Positions 47,462 to 60,885 of a stretch of 64,000 nt of DNA are shown here, piece by piece. The notes beneath the pieces are model-generated. The model ran no database searches and had not been told where the DNA came from. It worked only from the letters and a program-made list of their open reading frames with translations. The stretch is from Sphyrna mokarran. Its lineage: Eukaryota. The stretch spans positions 90,520,001 to 90,584,000 of the forward strand of contig JAGIQG010000009.1 in assembly GCA_024679065.1 (NCBI GenBank). The letters are read 5' to 3'. Positions within the stretch are counted from its first letter, which is position 1; every line of letters begins with the position of its first letter. Made by a program: the position numbers and the translations under genes.

Positions 47462-48523
47462 TAGGTACTAAAGGACAATTAAGCATGGTCAATCAACTTA
47501 ATCTGCACAGCTTTTGTCCTGTGGGAGGAAACCCACACAGACACAGGTCAATGTGCAAACTCCACACACAGTCACCCAAAGCCACAATTAAACCTGGGTC
47601 CCTGGTGCTGTGAGACAACAGTGCTTACCACCGTTATGCTGAGTTGCTTTTTTGAATCACTGCAATCACTGAGGTGCAGGTGCACCCACAGTGCTAATAG
47701 GAAGGGAATTCCAGAATTCTGACCCAGCGACAATGGAAGAATAGTGACATATTTCCAAGCCTGGATGGTGAGTGGCTTGGAGGGAAATCTCTAGGTGGTA
47801 GTGTTCCCAGGTGGTGGTGTTCCTAAGTATCTGACGCCTTTGTCCTTGCAGATTATAATAACCATGGATTTGGGAAGTTCTACCTAAGGAACCTTGGTGA
47901 GTTCTTACAATGCATCTTGTAGATCGTACACACAGCTGTCACTATTCATTGGTGGTGGAGGGATTAGGTGTTTGTGGATAGGATAGCAATCAAGTGGGCT
48001 GCTTTGACCTGGATAGTGTCGAGCTTCTTGAGCGTTGTCAGAGCTGCACTCATCCAGGCAAGTGAAAAGTTTTCCACCAAATGCTTGACTTGTGCCTTGT
48101 AGATGGTGGACAGACTTTGGGAAGTAAGGAGGTGAGTATTTGCCACAGGATTCCCAGCCCTTGACCTGCTCTTGTAGCGCCAGTATTTATATGGATAGTT
48201 CAGTTTCTGGTCAATGATAACCCCCAAGATGTTGACAATGTTGTACTCAGTTATGGTAAAGCCATTGAATGTCAATGTGATGGTTAGATCCTTTCTTGTT
48301 GGAGATGGTCATTGCGTGATACTTGTGTGGCATAAGGGCTGTTGCTATAGAAGACACCTCTATATGAATAACAAATATTTCTCATTTAAAACATGTATTT
48401 TGAATTTATAAAATGGATGTGGTTATTTTTCATGACATTTTGAGAAGTTTCTGTCAATGACAAAATACAGCAGATTCTGATGGGAGAGGTGTTAAGAAAC
48501 AATAGTTCTACTGAGAGTAGTTA

Positions 48524-49088
48524 TGTTACGAGCAGTGGTTGGGAACAAGATGGTTGCCAATGCCATTTGATGAATAGAGTTATACAACTTCAAGTTGATT
48601 ATGCAGGTGGCAAGTAGACATAAGGGATTTCTCAGGGTCAGATGCAAGTCACGTGGGCTCAATTCAGTAGGATTCATCCTCCCATTTCATGTCTAGTGTC
48701 TAATGTTATGAAGCAGCCGGGGGGGGGAGTACATCTGTAATTAATAACAAATAAAATCCCATTATGTCATGATTGTATTGTTATTGGCTGGAGTTAATGA
48801 CAGGATGATTATTGACTGATTTGTATGAATGATTATTGGATAATGCTCACCACAAAGGTGGGCAACATAATTTGGTAAATGCATAACTGCCATCACGGAG
48901 GCATTGTTCTTCAGAATGATTGGGCTGCCTGCATTTTGTACTTTGAGTGCTGGGCTTTTTGTATCATTCTTCCATTCAATTGTTTGGTTAAATAAAGTTA
49001 TGTCTTAAAAATCAGTACACTGCGTTTCATGAATCTCTGAATTTAAGTAGCCTCAAGAGGAAAACCCTGTTTACACTTGCCCTTAACA
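48524..49088 (+). mobile_element. Possible solo LTR
   Basis: TGTTA...TAACA ends and an internal AATAAA; no TSD found. Confidence 0.3.
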
Positions 49089-50559
49089 GCCCGAGTACTA
49101 TCCAGGTCTTGCTGTATTTGAACAGGGACTACTTCAATATCTGAGGAGTCATGAATGGTGCTGAACATTGTGCAATCATTAGCGAACATCCCCACTTCTG
49201 ACAACATGATGGAAGGAAGATCATTGACGAAGCAGCTGAAGATTGTTGCACCTAGGACACTACCCTAGGAATTCCTGCAGTGATGTTCTGGAACTGAGAT
49301 GATTAGCCTCCAACCACTACAACCATCTTCCTTTGTGCCAATGATTCCAACCATGGGACGCTTTTCCTCCTGATTCCCATTGACTCCAGTCTGCTGCCAC
49401 ACTGTTAAATGCTGCCTTGATGTCAAGGGCAGATAACCATCTTGTAGCTGTACCGGAAGACTTTAATTAGAAGCATGGCATGTTCTGTAGCACAAATCTT
49501 TTGCCAGAATATTTTCAGGGCCCATAACCTTTGCAGTATCCAGTGCTTGCAGCCATTTTTGATATCACATGGAGTGAATGGAATTGGTTGGAGACTGACC
49601 CCTGTGATTCCGTGGATCTCTGGTGGAGGCTGAGTGAATCATCCATTCTGCACTTAGGGTTGAAGATTGTTGCAAATGCTTCAGCATTAAATTTTGCACT
49701 GATGTGCTGGGCTCCTTTCTGGAGCCTTCTCCTTCTCCAGTGAGTTGTTTAATTGTCCACCTCCATTCATGGCTGGATGCTGCAGTTACCCCATCTTGAG
49801 TTGCTCGATCGGTTTGAAGTCTAACCCATTTAGAACGATGGTAGTGCCGCACAACATTCTGGAGGGTATCCTCAATATGAAGATGTGACTTGATCTCCAC
49901 AAGGATTGTGCAGTGACCATTCTTATCAATACTGTCAGTGGCCAATTGCATCTGTGGCAGGCAGGTTGGTGAGGATGAGGTCAAGTATGTTTTTCCCTCT
50001 TGTTGGTTCTCTCACCACCTACTGAAGATCAGTCTAGCAGCTATATCCTTTAGGACTATAATATGATACCAAGCCACATTCTGCGTCCTTGTCACCATGG
50101 ATGAGAACTGTTTCAGCAGCTGGAAGTGGTATGATATATGTGACAATCAGCATGAGCTTTCCTTGCGCATGTTTGACCTTATGCCATGGCACCTCATGGG
50201 TTCCATTCACTTTGCCTCTATGGCATAAAGTCAAACATGACAACTTCCTCCCGACAATATACCCCCACGTTGCTAGCTCTACTGGGTGTGTGCTGCTGAT
50301 GAACATAACATGATGTCTTGCACATTATCTATGACTCTGTGAGTATGACTACTTTGAGACAGCTCGCCCAGTTTTGGCACAAGCCCACAGATGTTTGTTG
50401 TCATTGTCATTTCTCGTGCCCAGTCCAGTTTCACTCCAGTTGGTAGACTTTCTGTGGATGGATACAACTGAGTGTCTTGCTAGGCCATTTAAGAATTAAT
50501 CACAATTTCAGCCCTTACCTTGTCATCAGTTGGCAGGTTTCAGGGCATTAGTGACTTCA

Positions 50560-51385
50560 TAGAAACCTAGGAATTAGGAGCAAGATTAGGCTCCGCCATT
50601 CTACATAATTATGGCTGATCTTCAAGTCATCCTAACTCCACTTCCCTGCTTTTCCCATAACCCTTTATCCTGTTTTCGATCAAATATTTATCTATCTCTT
50701 TCTTGAACCTATGATTGATTCTGCATCTACTGCCCTCTTGGCAGTGAGTTCTATAGATTCACAACACTCTGTGAAAAGTAGATATTCCTTATCTCTGTCT
50801 TGAACCTCCCCTCTCTTAGTCTACAACTGTGACCTCTTGTCCTAGACTATTCTAGAAGGCAGAATATTTGGTTAATATTTACTTTATTCATCCTGTTGAG
50901 TACTTTATATACCTCAACAATTCCTCCGTCATTTTTTCATACTCCAGTGAATATAAGCCCAAGCCACACAACCATTTCTCATACCACAGCCCCTTCAAAC
51001 TTGTAATCAATGTTGTGAATCGCTTCTGAACAGCCTCCAGTACCACCACATCCTTCCTTAAAGAAGGTGACCAAAACTGAACACAGTACTTTAATTGTGG
51101 TCTCACCAATGCCTTATACAATTGTAACAACACTTCTCTATTTTTATATTCTACATCCTTTGCAGTAAACACCAAACTTCCATTTGCCGTCCTTATAACA
51201 TTTTGCACCTGCATACCCACTTTCTAAGACTCATGCACAAGGACACCCAGCTCCATCTGTACAGACACCTTTTGAATCTGTTTCCCATTTAAATAATAAT
51301 TTGCCCTTTTATTTTTCCAGCCAAAATGGATAAATGTGCATTTATCCACATTAAATTACATGTGCCAGATTCTGGTCTATTTGGC
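50560..51385 (-). mobile_element. Old CR1 3' fragment
   Basis: [21 protein letters not shown]. Confidence 0.8.
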
Positions 51386-51599
51386 AATGGTTTATGATCA
51401 CCTTTACATTTTTAATTCCAGATTTTTTTATTGAATTGAATTTATTAACTGCTGTCGTGGGATTTGAACCCAGTTTCCCAGACCATTACCCTGGGTCTAT
51501 GGATTACTAGTCCAGCAACAATACTATTGTGCCACCTTTGGGAAATGCTGGATGGCTGGCTAGGTGTAAAAGTCCAGTGATATAGGTTCAGGGTCCTGA

Positions 51600-52990
51600 G
51601 TTGGGGACTACAAGATTGGATCAGATGCCTGCATCAGATCAAGGCCTACATTGAGGACCAAAAGACTAGATAAGTGATAAAAACCAGACCAGATATCAAC
51701 ATCTCTGTATTGAGGGGAAGCTCAGGGACCTGTCCCAAAATCAGTGATGGGTACGATTGAGAGACCAACTGTAGGCTGTGAAGATTACATGATTGACCCT
51801 GTAACTGGCAGGATTGGAGCTGGTGTAGCCAACTCAGTCAGTATGTTAGGCATTCATAGGACAGGCCTGATGGATGGGAGCTTTCACTGTGGCTGATATA
51901 GTCAGACATGAAGCCGATCACAAATGAAGTGCAGGAGGGAAGGAACATTCAGATCTTTTGATTTGATAAGTTGTGCTATATAGCTGAGAACTAATAGACT
52001 TGTACATATTAGCCCAGCCATCATTGACAGAGGTAACCAAGTGATGGACCTGACTTGTTGTGGTCAGTTTAAAGGTAGACCAAATCATTAACATTAACCG
52101 AGGTGAGTGCTGGGTGACCTCCTAGAATGGGCCTTAAGTTTCTGATCACTGAGAGCTGATGCTGAGTCCCAACAACCTTATCATTAGACAAGGAAATCTG
52201 CTGATTGATGAACTTGATTCATTCTCTCCATAATTCTCTCACAGAAGGCCTTGGGAATGGAGATAGGATTTGAGCTGAGCAGCGGAGGTAGACAGAGCCA
52301 AAGGTGTGATAGCACCTCCATTCTTGACATAGAATCTCATCTTCCAATTCCCATACTGCAATCTCTGCTACTGGATTCTCATTGGGATTCTCTGGTTTCC
52401 CAAACTCAATTACCTTGTGGGGTTTCTGAAGCACCATGTCTCCTCAGACCATTCAGTAGATGAAAATCCAGTGCATAGTTGGAGGAGAGCATCCTTCCCA
52501 GGTTGTATTGTTCATTGATAATGTTGTAAATGAGACACTCTCGTATAACCAAAATGAGCATTGTTTCAGTGATGATAAGATTCCAAGCACCTCTGGAATC
52601 TCTGAGACTGAGGTACAATAGTCTGTGGTATGGTTTGGAGACCAGTGTGAATCTGTCACCCATTTGATGGAGGCAGCCGTATTGGCCACATAAAAATATT
52701 GGTGGGTACCAATCAGAGTAGATGACATGATGGGTGAGCTAGATGTAGTGGAGAGTCATAGTAAGACTGTGCAGAACAGTACATAGAATGATAATGCATT
52801 CTCATTATGCCACAGAATGAATAAACCATCTCGAGTAATGATGTTATGTTTGACACTGGGAATGTTGTTAAGCTGCTTTAAAGTACCAGTGCCTTGCAAT
52901 ACATGGACATGTGTGTAACAAGACAGGCAACTGTAGATCCAGACATGCCCATGGCAAATCGAGTGACAAAATCACCTTTGTAGGAAGTGA
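51600..52990 (-). mobile_element. LTR-retrotransposon (Gypsy-like) integrase remnant
   Basis: Across frameshifts: NPNENPVAEIAVWELEDEIL / NGGAITPLALS..AQL / VRELW..FINQQI / VNDLVYL, resembling an integrase core second helix and C-terminal region. Confidence 0.5.
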
Positions 52991-53001
52991 CCACTTCATT
53001 G

Positions 53002-53447
53002 AACATAGAACATAGAACATTACAGCGCAGTACAGGCCCTTCGGCCCTCGATGTTGCGCCGGCTAGTGGACCCTCTAACCTAAACTACTCCAATATCATC
53101 CATATGCCTATCCACCAAACATTTGAATGTCCCCAAACTAGGCGAGTCCACAACTGCTGCAGGCAGGGCATTCCATGCCCTCACCACCCTCTGTGTAAAG
53201 AACCTACCTCTGACATCCGTCCTATAACTACCACCTCTTAATTTAAAGTTATGTCCCCTCGTGTTGGTCATCACCATCCGAGGAAAAAGGCTCTCACTAT
53301 CCACCCTATCCAATCCCTTGATCATCTTATACGTCTCAATTAGGTCACCGCGTAACCTTCTTCTCTCTAATCAAAACAACCTCAGGTCCCTCAGCCTTTC
53401 CTCATAAGGCCTTCCCACCATACCAGGCAACATCCTGGTAAACCTCC
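53002..53447 (-). mobile_element. CR1 3' fragment
   Basis: TRGHNFKL..RFFTQRVVRAWNALP; (catagaa)n tail. Confidence 0.88.
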
Positions 53448-55594
53448 AGGTTTGGCTAATGAAAGCTGGTTATTTCCATCTCTTGAGTGGTGTGCTTGCA
53501 CAACGAAATCTTACAGAGTGGGGAAGAGCAATTTTACCAAAAAAAATCTAAGTATCTAACGTGTGGGAGCATGGGAGGTTTACGAGCCTGTTTTTTGGGT
53601 GAGCTGAGTTTCATGAATTTACAGCATTCTGTGCAATGCAGAGGCCACTTGTAGTGCAGGTGATGGAGCCTAAAACTGCTGGAGAGGCTGGCAGCAGAGT
53701 GCTCAGGGGTCTACATACTCCATCCACATGCCCCCCCCCCCACACTCCCAACAGCTGCCAGCCGCCCGGTGGCTGGGCCCCAACCTCCCATGACTGACTC
53801 CACCAATATCCTCCACCCCCTTCCCTCCATTCCCACCTTCCTGGGCACTGCCTAGTGGGCACTGCCAGTATGCCAGGCTGGCACTTCCAGGATCCCAGGC
53901 TGGTGGTGCCCAAGGGTCACTGCCCCTCAAACATGTCCCCAAACTCCCGGGTGGTAGCAATGCCTCCGGTCCCACCAGTGAGACCATATCTGGTCCCCAT
54001 AGCTGGGAACTAGCTATAATCCCCGCTGGTGTGGTCCTCGACTGGCGAGATTGGAGAGCCAAGTGTGCCCAAACAATAGCATCCAGAGCTCGCTAAAAGG
54101 ATTTAAATAAGATAATGCAAATGTAAACCAGCCTTGTGCTATTTTCTGGTGTGAGGCTGATTACACAAAACAAATGCTGGGGAGATTGGCAACCTGCTGG
54201 TCATTGGGCAGAAATTAGACCTTTAGGGTGGTTTTTTACCTTTTTTGTCTAAGTGCCAGGTGGACTTGAAACTGGAAGAGTTTCCAATCCATTTGTTTTG
54301 AGGCTCCCCCTCAGCTCCATGTGCACTCTGCCTACAAAATTTTGAGCGAGTCTGATTCTTGCGTAGAAACTTGTGGTTGGGGCTTAACGCACCCAAAACC
54401 CTGCAGCTCCAATGGGAGCCTCCAACTGCACACGCACAAAAAATAAAATATTGCAACTCCCCAGATCAATCCCTCCCAGGCCAGATAATGCCTCCCCCCA
54501 TTACCCACAGACATTGGACTTGCCCCCCAACATTGTTGACCTCCTTATCTCTCCCCCCCAATCACTGATCGCAGGCAGAGTGGCAGCGCTCTCCTCCCCA
54601 CTGCTGCCCATCAATGCAGCCTCCTCCCCAATCTTCCCCCAGTAACATGCACCAGAACTTATGCAGTAGTGACCAAATACACTGTTGTTTGAAAGGTCCT
54701 GATGCTCCAACACTGCTATTTCAAAGAGCTTCCAGCAGATCCCCACCTGGAAGAGTTCTGCGTGCACTAGGACCCAACGGCTTTCCCAAGACCACAGGTC
54801 AGTGCTGAGAACCGCGTCCATGCTGCAAATTGGACATCAGACACTGTGATCAGCAACAGCAGCCACCAACACCCCCACACGCTCGCAGGGCCCTCCCAAC
54901 CCAAAACGCAATATGGCCACCACAAGAAGGCCCCTTGTGAGTAGCACAGGGCCATCGGACACTAGGCACTTACCTTCTCACTAACCCTCACTGATGGAAT
55001 GTCAGAATCTAACTTTTAGAGAGCATGTTTGTTCCAGAATGATGCAGTGGTAAGGGGAGACATGCTGGTAAATTTTGATGTGCTGCCCGCTAATTAGATT
55101 GAAATGCATGCAAAAATATTTAAATTGATGTCACCCCCGATCATGTCGATTTTTTTTGACCTTGATAAAAAGGGAACTGACGTGAAAATAGACTCAGACC
55201 ACACTAATCTCTTCACGCCTAATTTTAACACTTTTTCATGCCAGAGTAGTGTAGTGGTAAAATCATGGCCAGCATTTGAGTCAATGAGTAAAGAGTAATA
55301 TTTGCAGCTTACTGTAGCGACCAATATCAGGACAGATGTGACAAGCTGAAGATCCTGTTTAACCTTTACACAGAAAGGTGATGATTCTGACATCTTCAGG
55401 CCAAGCAAAGACTCCAGGCTTTCAAGGATCTCAAATTTTTATTACAACTCCACAGATTTGTTCCTGACACACTGAGAGTAGTGATATTTCATTGTGTAAA
55501 TTGTACACGATCCACATTAACATCTCCTGATCTGGATTCCTTCTGCCACTTAGGATAATTCACTGAATCTCCATGACTCTGAAAATTCAGATCT

Positions 55595-55990
55595 TTGTGT
55601 CTCTCCCAGTCTCCACTTAACTGTATACTCCTCTCCCACTGTCCCTCCCTCTCCGCTTTTACTTTCTGTCCCTCTGTGACCCTCACTTCCTTTTACTCTC
55701 TGTTCCTCTCTGTCTCCTACCCTTCTTTCTGTCTGTCTCTCTCTGTACTCTCTGCTCCTCTCTCTAAGTCTCCCACTGCTCTTTATTGTCTGATCGTCTG
55801 TCTTCCTTTTTCTGTCTCTTGTATACTCTCTGCTCCCCTCTCTCTTCTCCTGCCCCAATCTCTTTTTTCCCTCTGGTTGTCTCTATCTATCCTACTGTCT
55901 GCTTTACTCTCCGCTCCTCTCTCTCTGACTCTCCTACTTTTCCTTTTATTCTCTGCTCCTCTCTGACTCTCCTATTCCCCACTTACTACC
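55595..55990 (+). repeat. CT-rich low-complexity tract
   Basis: Nearly pure pyrimidine with recurring ctctctgctcc. Confidence 0.8.
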
Positions 55991-56212
55991 GTCTTTAATA
56001 GCTGTTCCCCTCTGTCCCATTTCTGCTCACCATTTATTTGTTGTTTTTATTGCTCCGTGGAAATTGTGGTGTCCAATCCCCACATGATTTCCCAGTCTTT
56101 CTCCCATTCCCATCTACTTGTCAACTTTCCACTCAACCTCCCAACTCCCTTAAAACCTGACCTCCCAGTTCCCTGTAGTTCTGATCTCTGTGTCCCCTCC
56201 CCCCTGCTACTC

Positions 56213-56550
56213 CATAGAATCATAGAATCCCTAAAGTGCAGAAAGAGGCCATTTGGCCCATCGAGTTTGCACCGACTACAATCCCACCCATGCCTACCCC
56301 CATACCCCTACATATTTACCCACTAATCCCTTAACCTACACATCTCAGGACATTAAGGGCAATTTTTAAACATGGCTAATCAGCCTATCCTGCACATCTT
56401 TGGACTCTTTGGAGGAAACCAGAGCATCTGGAGGAAACCCATGCAGACACAGGGAGAATGTGCAAACTCCACACACATAGTGACCCAAGCCGGGAATCGA
56501 ACCCAGGTCCCTGGAGCTGTGAAGCAGCAGTGCTAACCACTGTGCCACCG
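56213..56550 (-). mobile_element. HE1-like SINE, well preserved
   Basis: Antisense ggtggcacagtggttagcactgctgc...gggttcgattcccggc head; CR1-derived tail (catagaat)2. Confidence 0.9.
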
Positions 56551-56839
56551 TCCCTGCACTCCACTCCACTGATGTTACAACTCAAAATACTCTTCTCCCC
56601 CACCCCAACCCTCTCCTCCTCCCACTGCATAACCCCTCCCCCCACATACCCCTCCCCCACAATCTCCCAACAGTCTCATTCTCCCTGACCTCCTGAATTT
56701 GCCAGATTTATGATTTTCCCACCCCAATCTCCTAACTTTTCCGAACTGTTTCACTTCTGCCTGAGTCTAATTGTAAATGTATCTTCAGGCTTGTTTTTTC
56801 TGCTGCAAACTTCTTAACTCTGTCACCCCGTCCCTCCCT

Positions 56840-58500
56840 GCCCACTCCCCCATCCCCAAGTCTCCTTCCCCCTCAGCTCCAACAAATGAGAAAAGTTTAT
56901 GGATTTCTTTGTCATTAAAATTATTACCTTCCCACCAGCTGCCCCTGCCATTTCTCGCCATCTCACTAGCTTGCCCAGATAAACTTCCATTAATGTTCCC
57001 TCCTGGCTGAGTCCTGAATTCACATCTTCTCTCCCATCTCCCCTCGTGCCCTCTCTGAGCTCATCTTCTCAATGAGACCCACCTCCTGTTCCCTCGACCC
57101 TATTGTCACTGAATCACCCAACTTCCTCTCCTGCTCCCCGTGTTTAATGATGTTGTTCACCATTCACTCTGTCCAGATGTTGTCCCTCTCTATTTAAATT
57201 ATGTCATCACCTTCAAAAAACATCCCCTGACCCTTTTCCAATCATGTTCTCTCAGAGTATTGAAATTACTGTTATCAAAGTCCACAAACAATATTGTATT
57301 TGACTCTGACAAAAATGAACTTTCCCTCCTCATGCTTCTCGGTGCTTCTGCTCTCTGTGGGGTTCCTGTCCCTCCCTGCTCACTTTCTCAATCCATGATT
57401 GATTAACACCACACCATCCTCTCCATTGTCACCCAGCTGGGTGTGACTGCTCTCAGCTGCTTCTATATTTAACTGTGAGCAGAACCCCTCATTGGATTCT
57501 CTCTCTGCTCTCACTGTTATCTAAGATGTGGCTGTAGTGAATGGTGTGGACGTATCTCAGGGAAGTTAGATATGGACATGATGGAAAAGGGATTTGAGAT
57601 GAGGAGATTGGTCTGAGGTGGAATATAAACACTGGATTATTCCGGTTTGCTGGAATGCCTGCATTCTGTGCTGTATTATTCTGTGTAATTCTATGGGATT
57701 TATTCTTGTCTTCCTCCTGTTTCACCTCCAAGCTCTGTGACATCATCCAAAATTCTGCTTTGAGTTTCCATCTCTATGTTAATAACACCAAGCTCTGCCT
57801 CGCCATCACATTTCTGACCCGTCCACTATCTGATCTGTCACATTGTCCAATATCCAGTGATATTTCCAAATAAATTTCCAAATAAATAAATAACACTTTC
57901 CAAATAAATATTCAGAAGATCAAACCATTGTCTTTAGTTTCCAGGTAACCATTCCATTTCCATCCCTGGTCACTCACTGAGATTGAACCAAACTGTTTAT
58001 AACCTCGGTGACCAGATGACCCGGAGGTGAATTCCCAACCCACTCGCCCTCCATCACTGAGATTGCCTACTTTAATCTCTGTGAAATCTCATGCTTCATG
58101 CTGTCTATTGCTGAATCTCTCCATCATTCATCAGTTACCCTTTGACTCGTCAGTTCTATTGCTTCCTTAACTAATCACCGATCTTCTACCCATCATTAAC
58201 TTGAAATCATCCAAAACTCTGCTATTTACATTCATACTCACACCCAGTCCTGTTTCTGTGCTCAACGATCTGTATTCACTCCCAATCTGGCAATGCCTCA
58301 AGTTTAAAATTCTCATCATGTTGAAATTTGTTTGTGGCCTCACTTTCCCAGGACAGTTTTACAGTCCTCTGAGCATTCTGCATTCCTCTGGTCTCACACG
58401 CCACCATTGGTGGGAAATGCCTTGAAATGTCTCGATTTTCAAACTTCCAAATTTTCTCTCTGAACTCTTCCCCCTTTAAGAAACTTATTTAAAATCAGTT
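56840..58500 (+). mobile_element. Highly degenerate L2-type LINE
   Basis: tcctgttccctcgaccctatt, LLMLL, FHLYVNNTKL (eroded YADDTQL) and LKFKILI motifs. Confidence 0.55.
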
Positions 58501-59013
58501 GCTTCAAGGGATGGCTTGCTTTGTGAAATAATTCCTTCATGGATCAGGTTTTATCTGATTAACCCCAAATAAAATGCTGTCAGACTTTTTTTGATGTAAT
58601 AGGCACTATATTAGTGCAAATTGTGCTTGTTGAAATATAAAATAAATGTAACACACAGTGTGCAGATTATAATTCAGGTCGCCAGGTGGTGAAGGATAGA
58701 ATTGAAGTAGAATTATTATTAATTTACAAGTTTTTATTGACTGAGGCACAAATTAGTTTTGTATATCCACTTACAATACCAACAACCTCATTCAGTCTGC
58801 TGCAATTTATGAAACGATTTATTAACAGAACTTTAGATCACAGAAATGTACCTGCTTCCTGCCTAACATAATGAGCACAAGTAAATCCCCAGTACCAAAA
58901 TTCAGTTAAACACCCAGTTAATGTACAATTAGCACATCCTGGAATAACACCACACGGAATCCAGTACGATCAGAGATTAATATTTATAAACTATTTACTA
59001 TTTCATAACTCAC

Positions 59014-59080
59014 ATTCTCCAGCCCAGGCTCCTTGAATCAAAACCAGCAGCATCACACTAAAGTATGTTCCAACTTCCAT
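59014..59080 (-). CDS. MHC class II alpha chain, exon 1 (signal peptide MEVGTYFSVMLLVLIQGAWAGE)
   Basis: ATG at 59080, 22 codons + 1 nt, then GTGAGT donor (59013-59008). Hydrophobic leader resembling the nurse shark class II alpha leader as recalled (MEARNYFSVLVLVLIQGGWAG). Phase 1 joins in frame to exon 2. X/Y promoter boxes lie 140-180 bp upstream. Confidence 0.88.
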
Positions 59081-59219
59081 TATAATCCTCTTGTTTCTCC
59101 CAGTTATGATTCCAGCTCCTCTCAGTTTGCTATCAGTATCTGTCTGAAGTCAAGTTTCTATCTCACTCACTTCTCTGAAATATCACTCTGTAATTGACAT
59201 GTGGTTTAGCATTAATAAA

Positions 59220-59260
59220 CCAATCAGGAATTCAGATTTCCTCCATCAGCTGTTTCTGGG
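59220..59260 (-). promoter_or_regulatory. MHC class II proximal promoter: X1 box (59247-59260) and Y box (59220-59227)
   Basis: Minus strand reads CCCAGAAACAGCTG, 19 bp, then CTGATTGG. Resembles the RFX X1 site (cf. CCTAGCAACAGATG) and the NF-Y inverted CCAAT, at the conserved 19-20 bp spacing. Confidence 0.85.
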
Positions 59261-59469
59261 TGAAATACAAGTCTGCTCGCAACTTCTCTGCGTGAACTTT
59301 GACTTTGTTGTATTTGTGAAAGATTTGCAGTGGGAGAAAGATTTTTGGAGGCGAAGAGGTTCTGAACTAAACAGTATTTGTTAGTACTTCAGTGTTTTCA
59401 GTGCCTCTTGCGCTCCCCCATGTCTTTTCCACATTCTCAGCTGAAAGACGCACTTCCATTTTAATCCTT

Positions 59470-59820
59470 AGAATAGAATTCCTACAGAACAGGAGACCAT
59501 TCGGCCCATCTGGTCTATACCAACGATCCAAAAAAGCATCCTGCCCAGTCCCACCGCCCTCCTCCCAGCCCCCGGGCCATTCTCATAACCTTACACCCTT
59601 CATATTGCCAATTCACCTAACCTACACATCTCTGTACACTAAAGAGCAATTTAGCATGGCCAATCCATAAAACCTGCATATCTTTGGAGGAGGCCAGAGT
59701 ACTCAGAGGAAACCCATACAGACACGGGGAGAATGTGTAAACTCCACAAGCCACCAAGGCCAGAATCAAACTTCTGTCCATGATGCTGTGAGGCAGCAGT
59801 GCTAACCATTGTGCTACTGT
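59470..59820 (-). mobile_element. HE1-like SINE ~200 bp upstream of the promoter boxes
   Basis: Same head, core and tail as 56213-56550. Confidence 0.8.
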
Positions 59821-60427
59821 GCTGGACTGCTGGCCAGTAGAGCGAGTAATTTTTCTTTACATATATTCTGCTTCGTATACCAGTATTTGTCAGAAATAGA
59901 AAATATTGGAAATATTCAAAAGGCCAGGCATCCTCTGTGGAGAGAGAAGCAGGATTAATGGTTTCTTTCATGATGACTTGTTATCAATATTGATCAGAAT
60001 CCCTCCTCAGGGGGTTCAGATAGCCAGGTTGCGGTGAGGAACCTAATTACAGAATCTCAAAGTGCTGAAGAGGCCCTTCGGCCCATCAAGTCTGCACTAA
60101 CATGTGAGATATACATTTATAAGTTTTTATTTACAAAGCTTATAATGTATATCGCTTATAAATCTATAAGCTTATATAGATTATAAATGTATAAGCTTAT
60201 AAATGTATGTATATAAAGGTTAGTACATGATATGTATATTACATATCGTGTACTTACCTATAATCTCAACAACCGCATTCAGTCTGCTCCTATATGTAAA
60301 ACTATTTATTTACAGAGCTATACATTGCAGACCTACCTCCTACCTGCTCAATGTATATTCTATGAGCACAGGTAAATCCCCAGTTAATACCCAGTACCAG
60401 AACTCAATTAAACAACAAGTAAACAAA

Positions 60428-60885
60428 TAGAACATAGACACTACAGCACAAACAGGCCCTTCGGCCCACAAGTTGCGCCGATCACATCTATACCTACCAA
60501 GCTATAGACCTATCTATATCCCCCAATCCCATTAGATCCCATGCACTCATCCAGAAATCTTTTAAAAGACCCCAGTGAGTTCGCCTCTACCACCACTGAC
60601 AGCAGCCGATTCCATTCACTCACCACCCTCTGAGTGAAAAACTTACCTCTAACATCCCCTCTGTACTTGCTTCCCTGCACCTTAAATCTGTGTCCTCTCG
60701 TAGCGACCATTTCAGCCCTGGGGAAATAGCCTCTGCGAATCCAGCCTATCTATTCCTCTCAACATTTTATAAACCTCTATCAGGTCGCCTCTCAACCTTC
60801 GTCTCTCCAGGGAGAAGAGACCTAGCTCCCTCAACCTATCTTCATAAGGCATGCCTCCCAATCCAGGCAACATCCTTGTAAATCT
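60428..60885 (-). mobile_element. CR1 3' fragment (same subfamily as 32708-33240)
   Basis: [21 protein letters not shown]; tail cactacagcacaaacaggcccttcggcccacaag shared with 32708. Confidence 0.88.

Noticed and set aside
51900-52070. Envelope-like heptad peptide in one reading frame
   Set aside because: Better explained as the frameshifted C-terminal region of the integrase remnant.
53470-55250. Possible Harbinger-like DNA transposon remnants (also 1-900, 2900-3365, 24130-25130)
   Set aside because: Composition suggests old DNA elements, but I could not pair TIRs or find a transposase motif.
55550-55998. Arg/Glu-rich and Leu/Ser-rich ORFs
   Set aside because: Translations of a CT-rich low-complexity tract.
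59265-59300. S/W box of the class II promoter
   Set aside because: No convincing GGACCT-like motif at the expected ~16-bp distance from X1.
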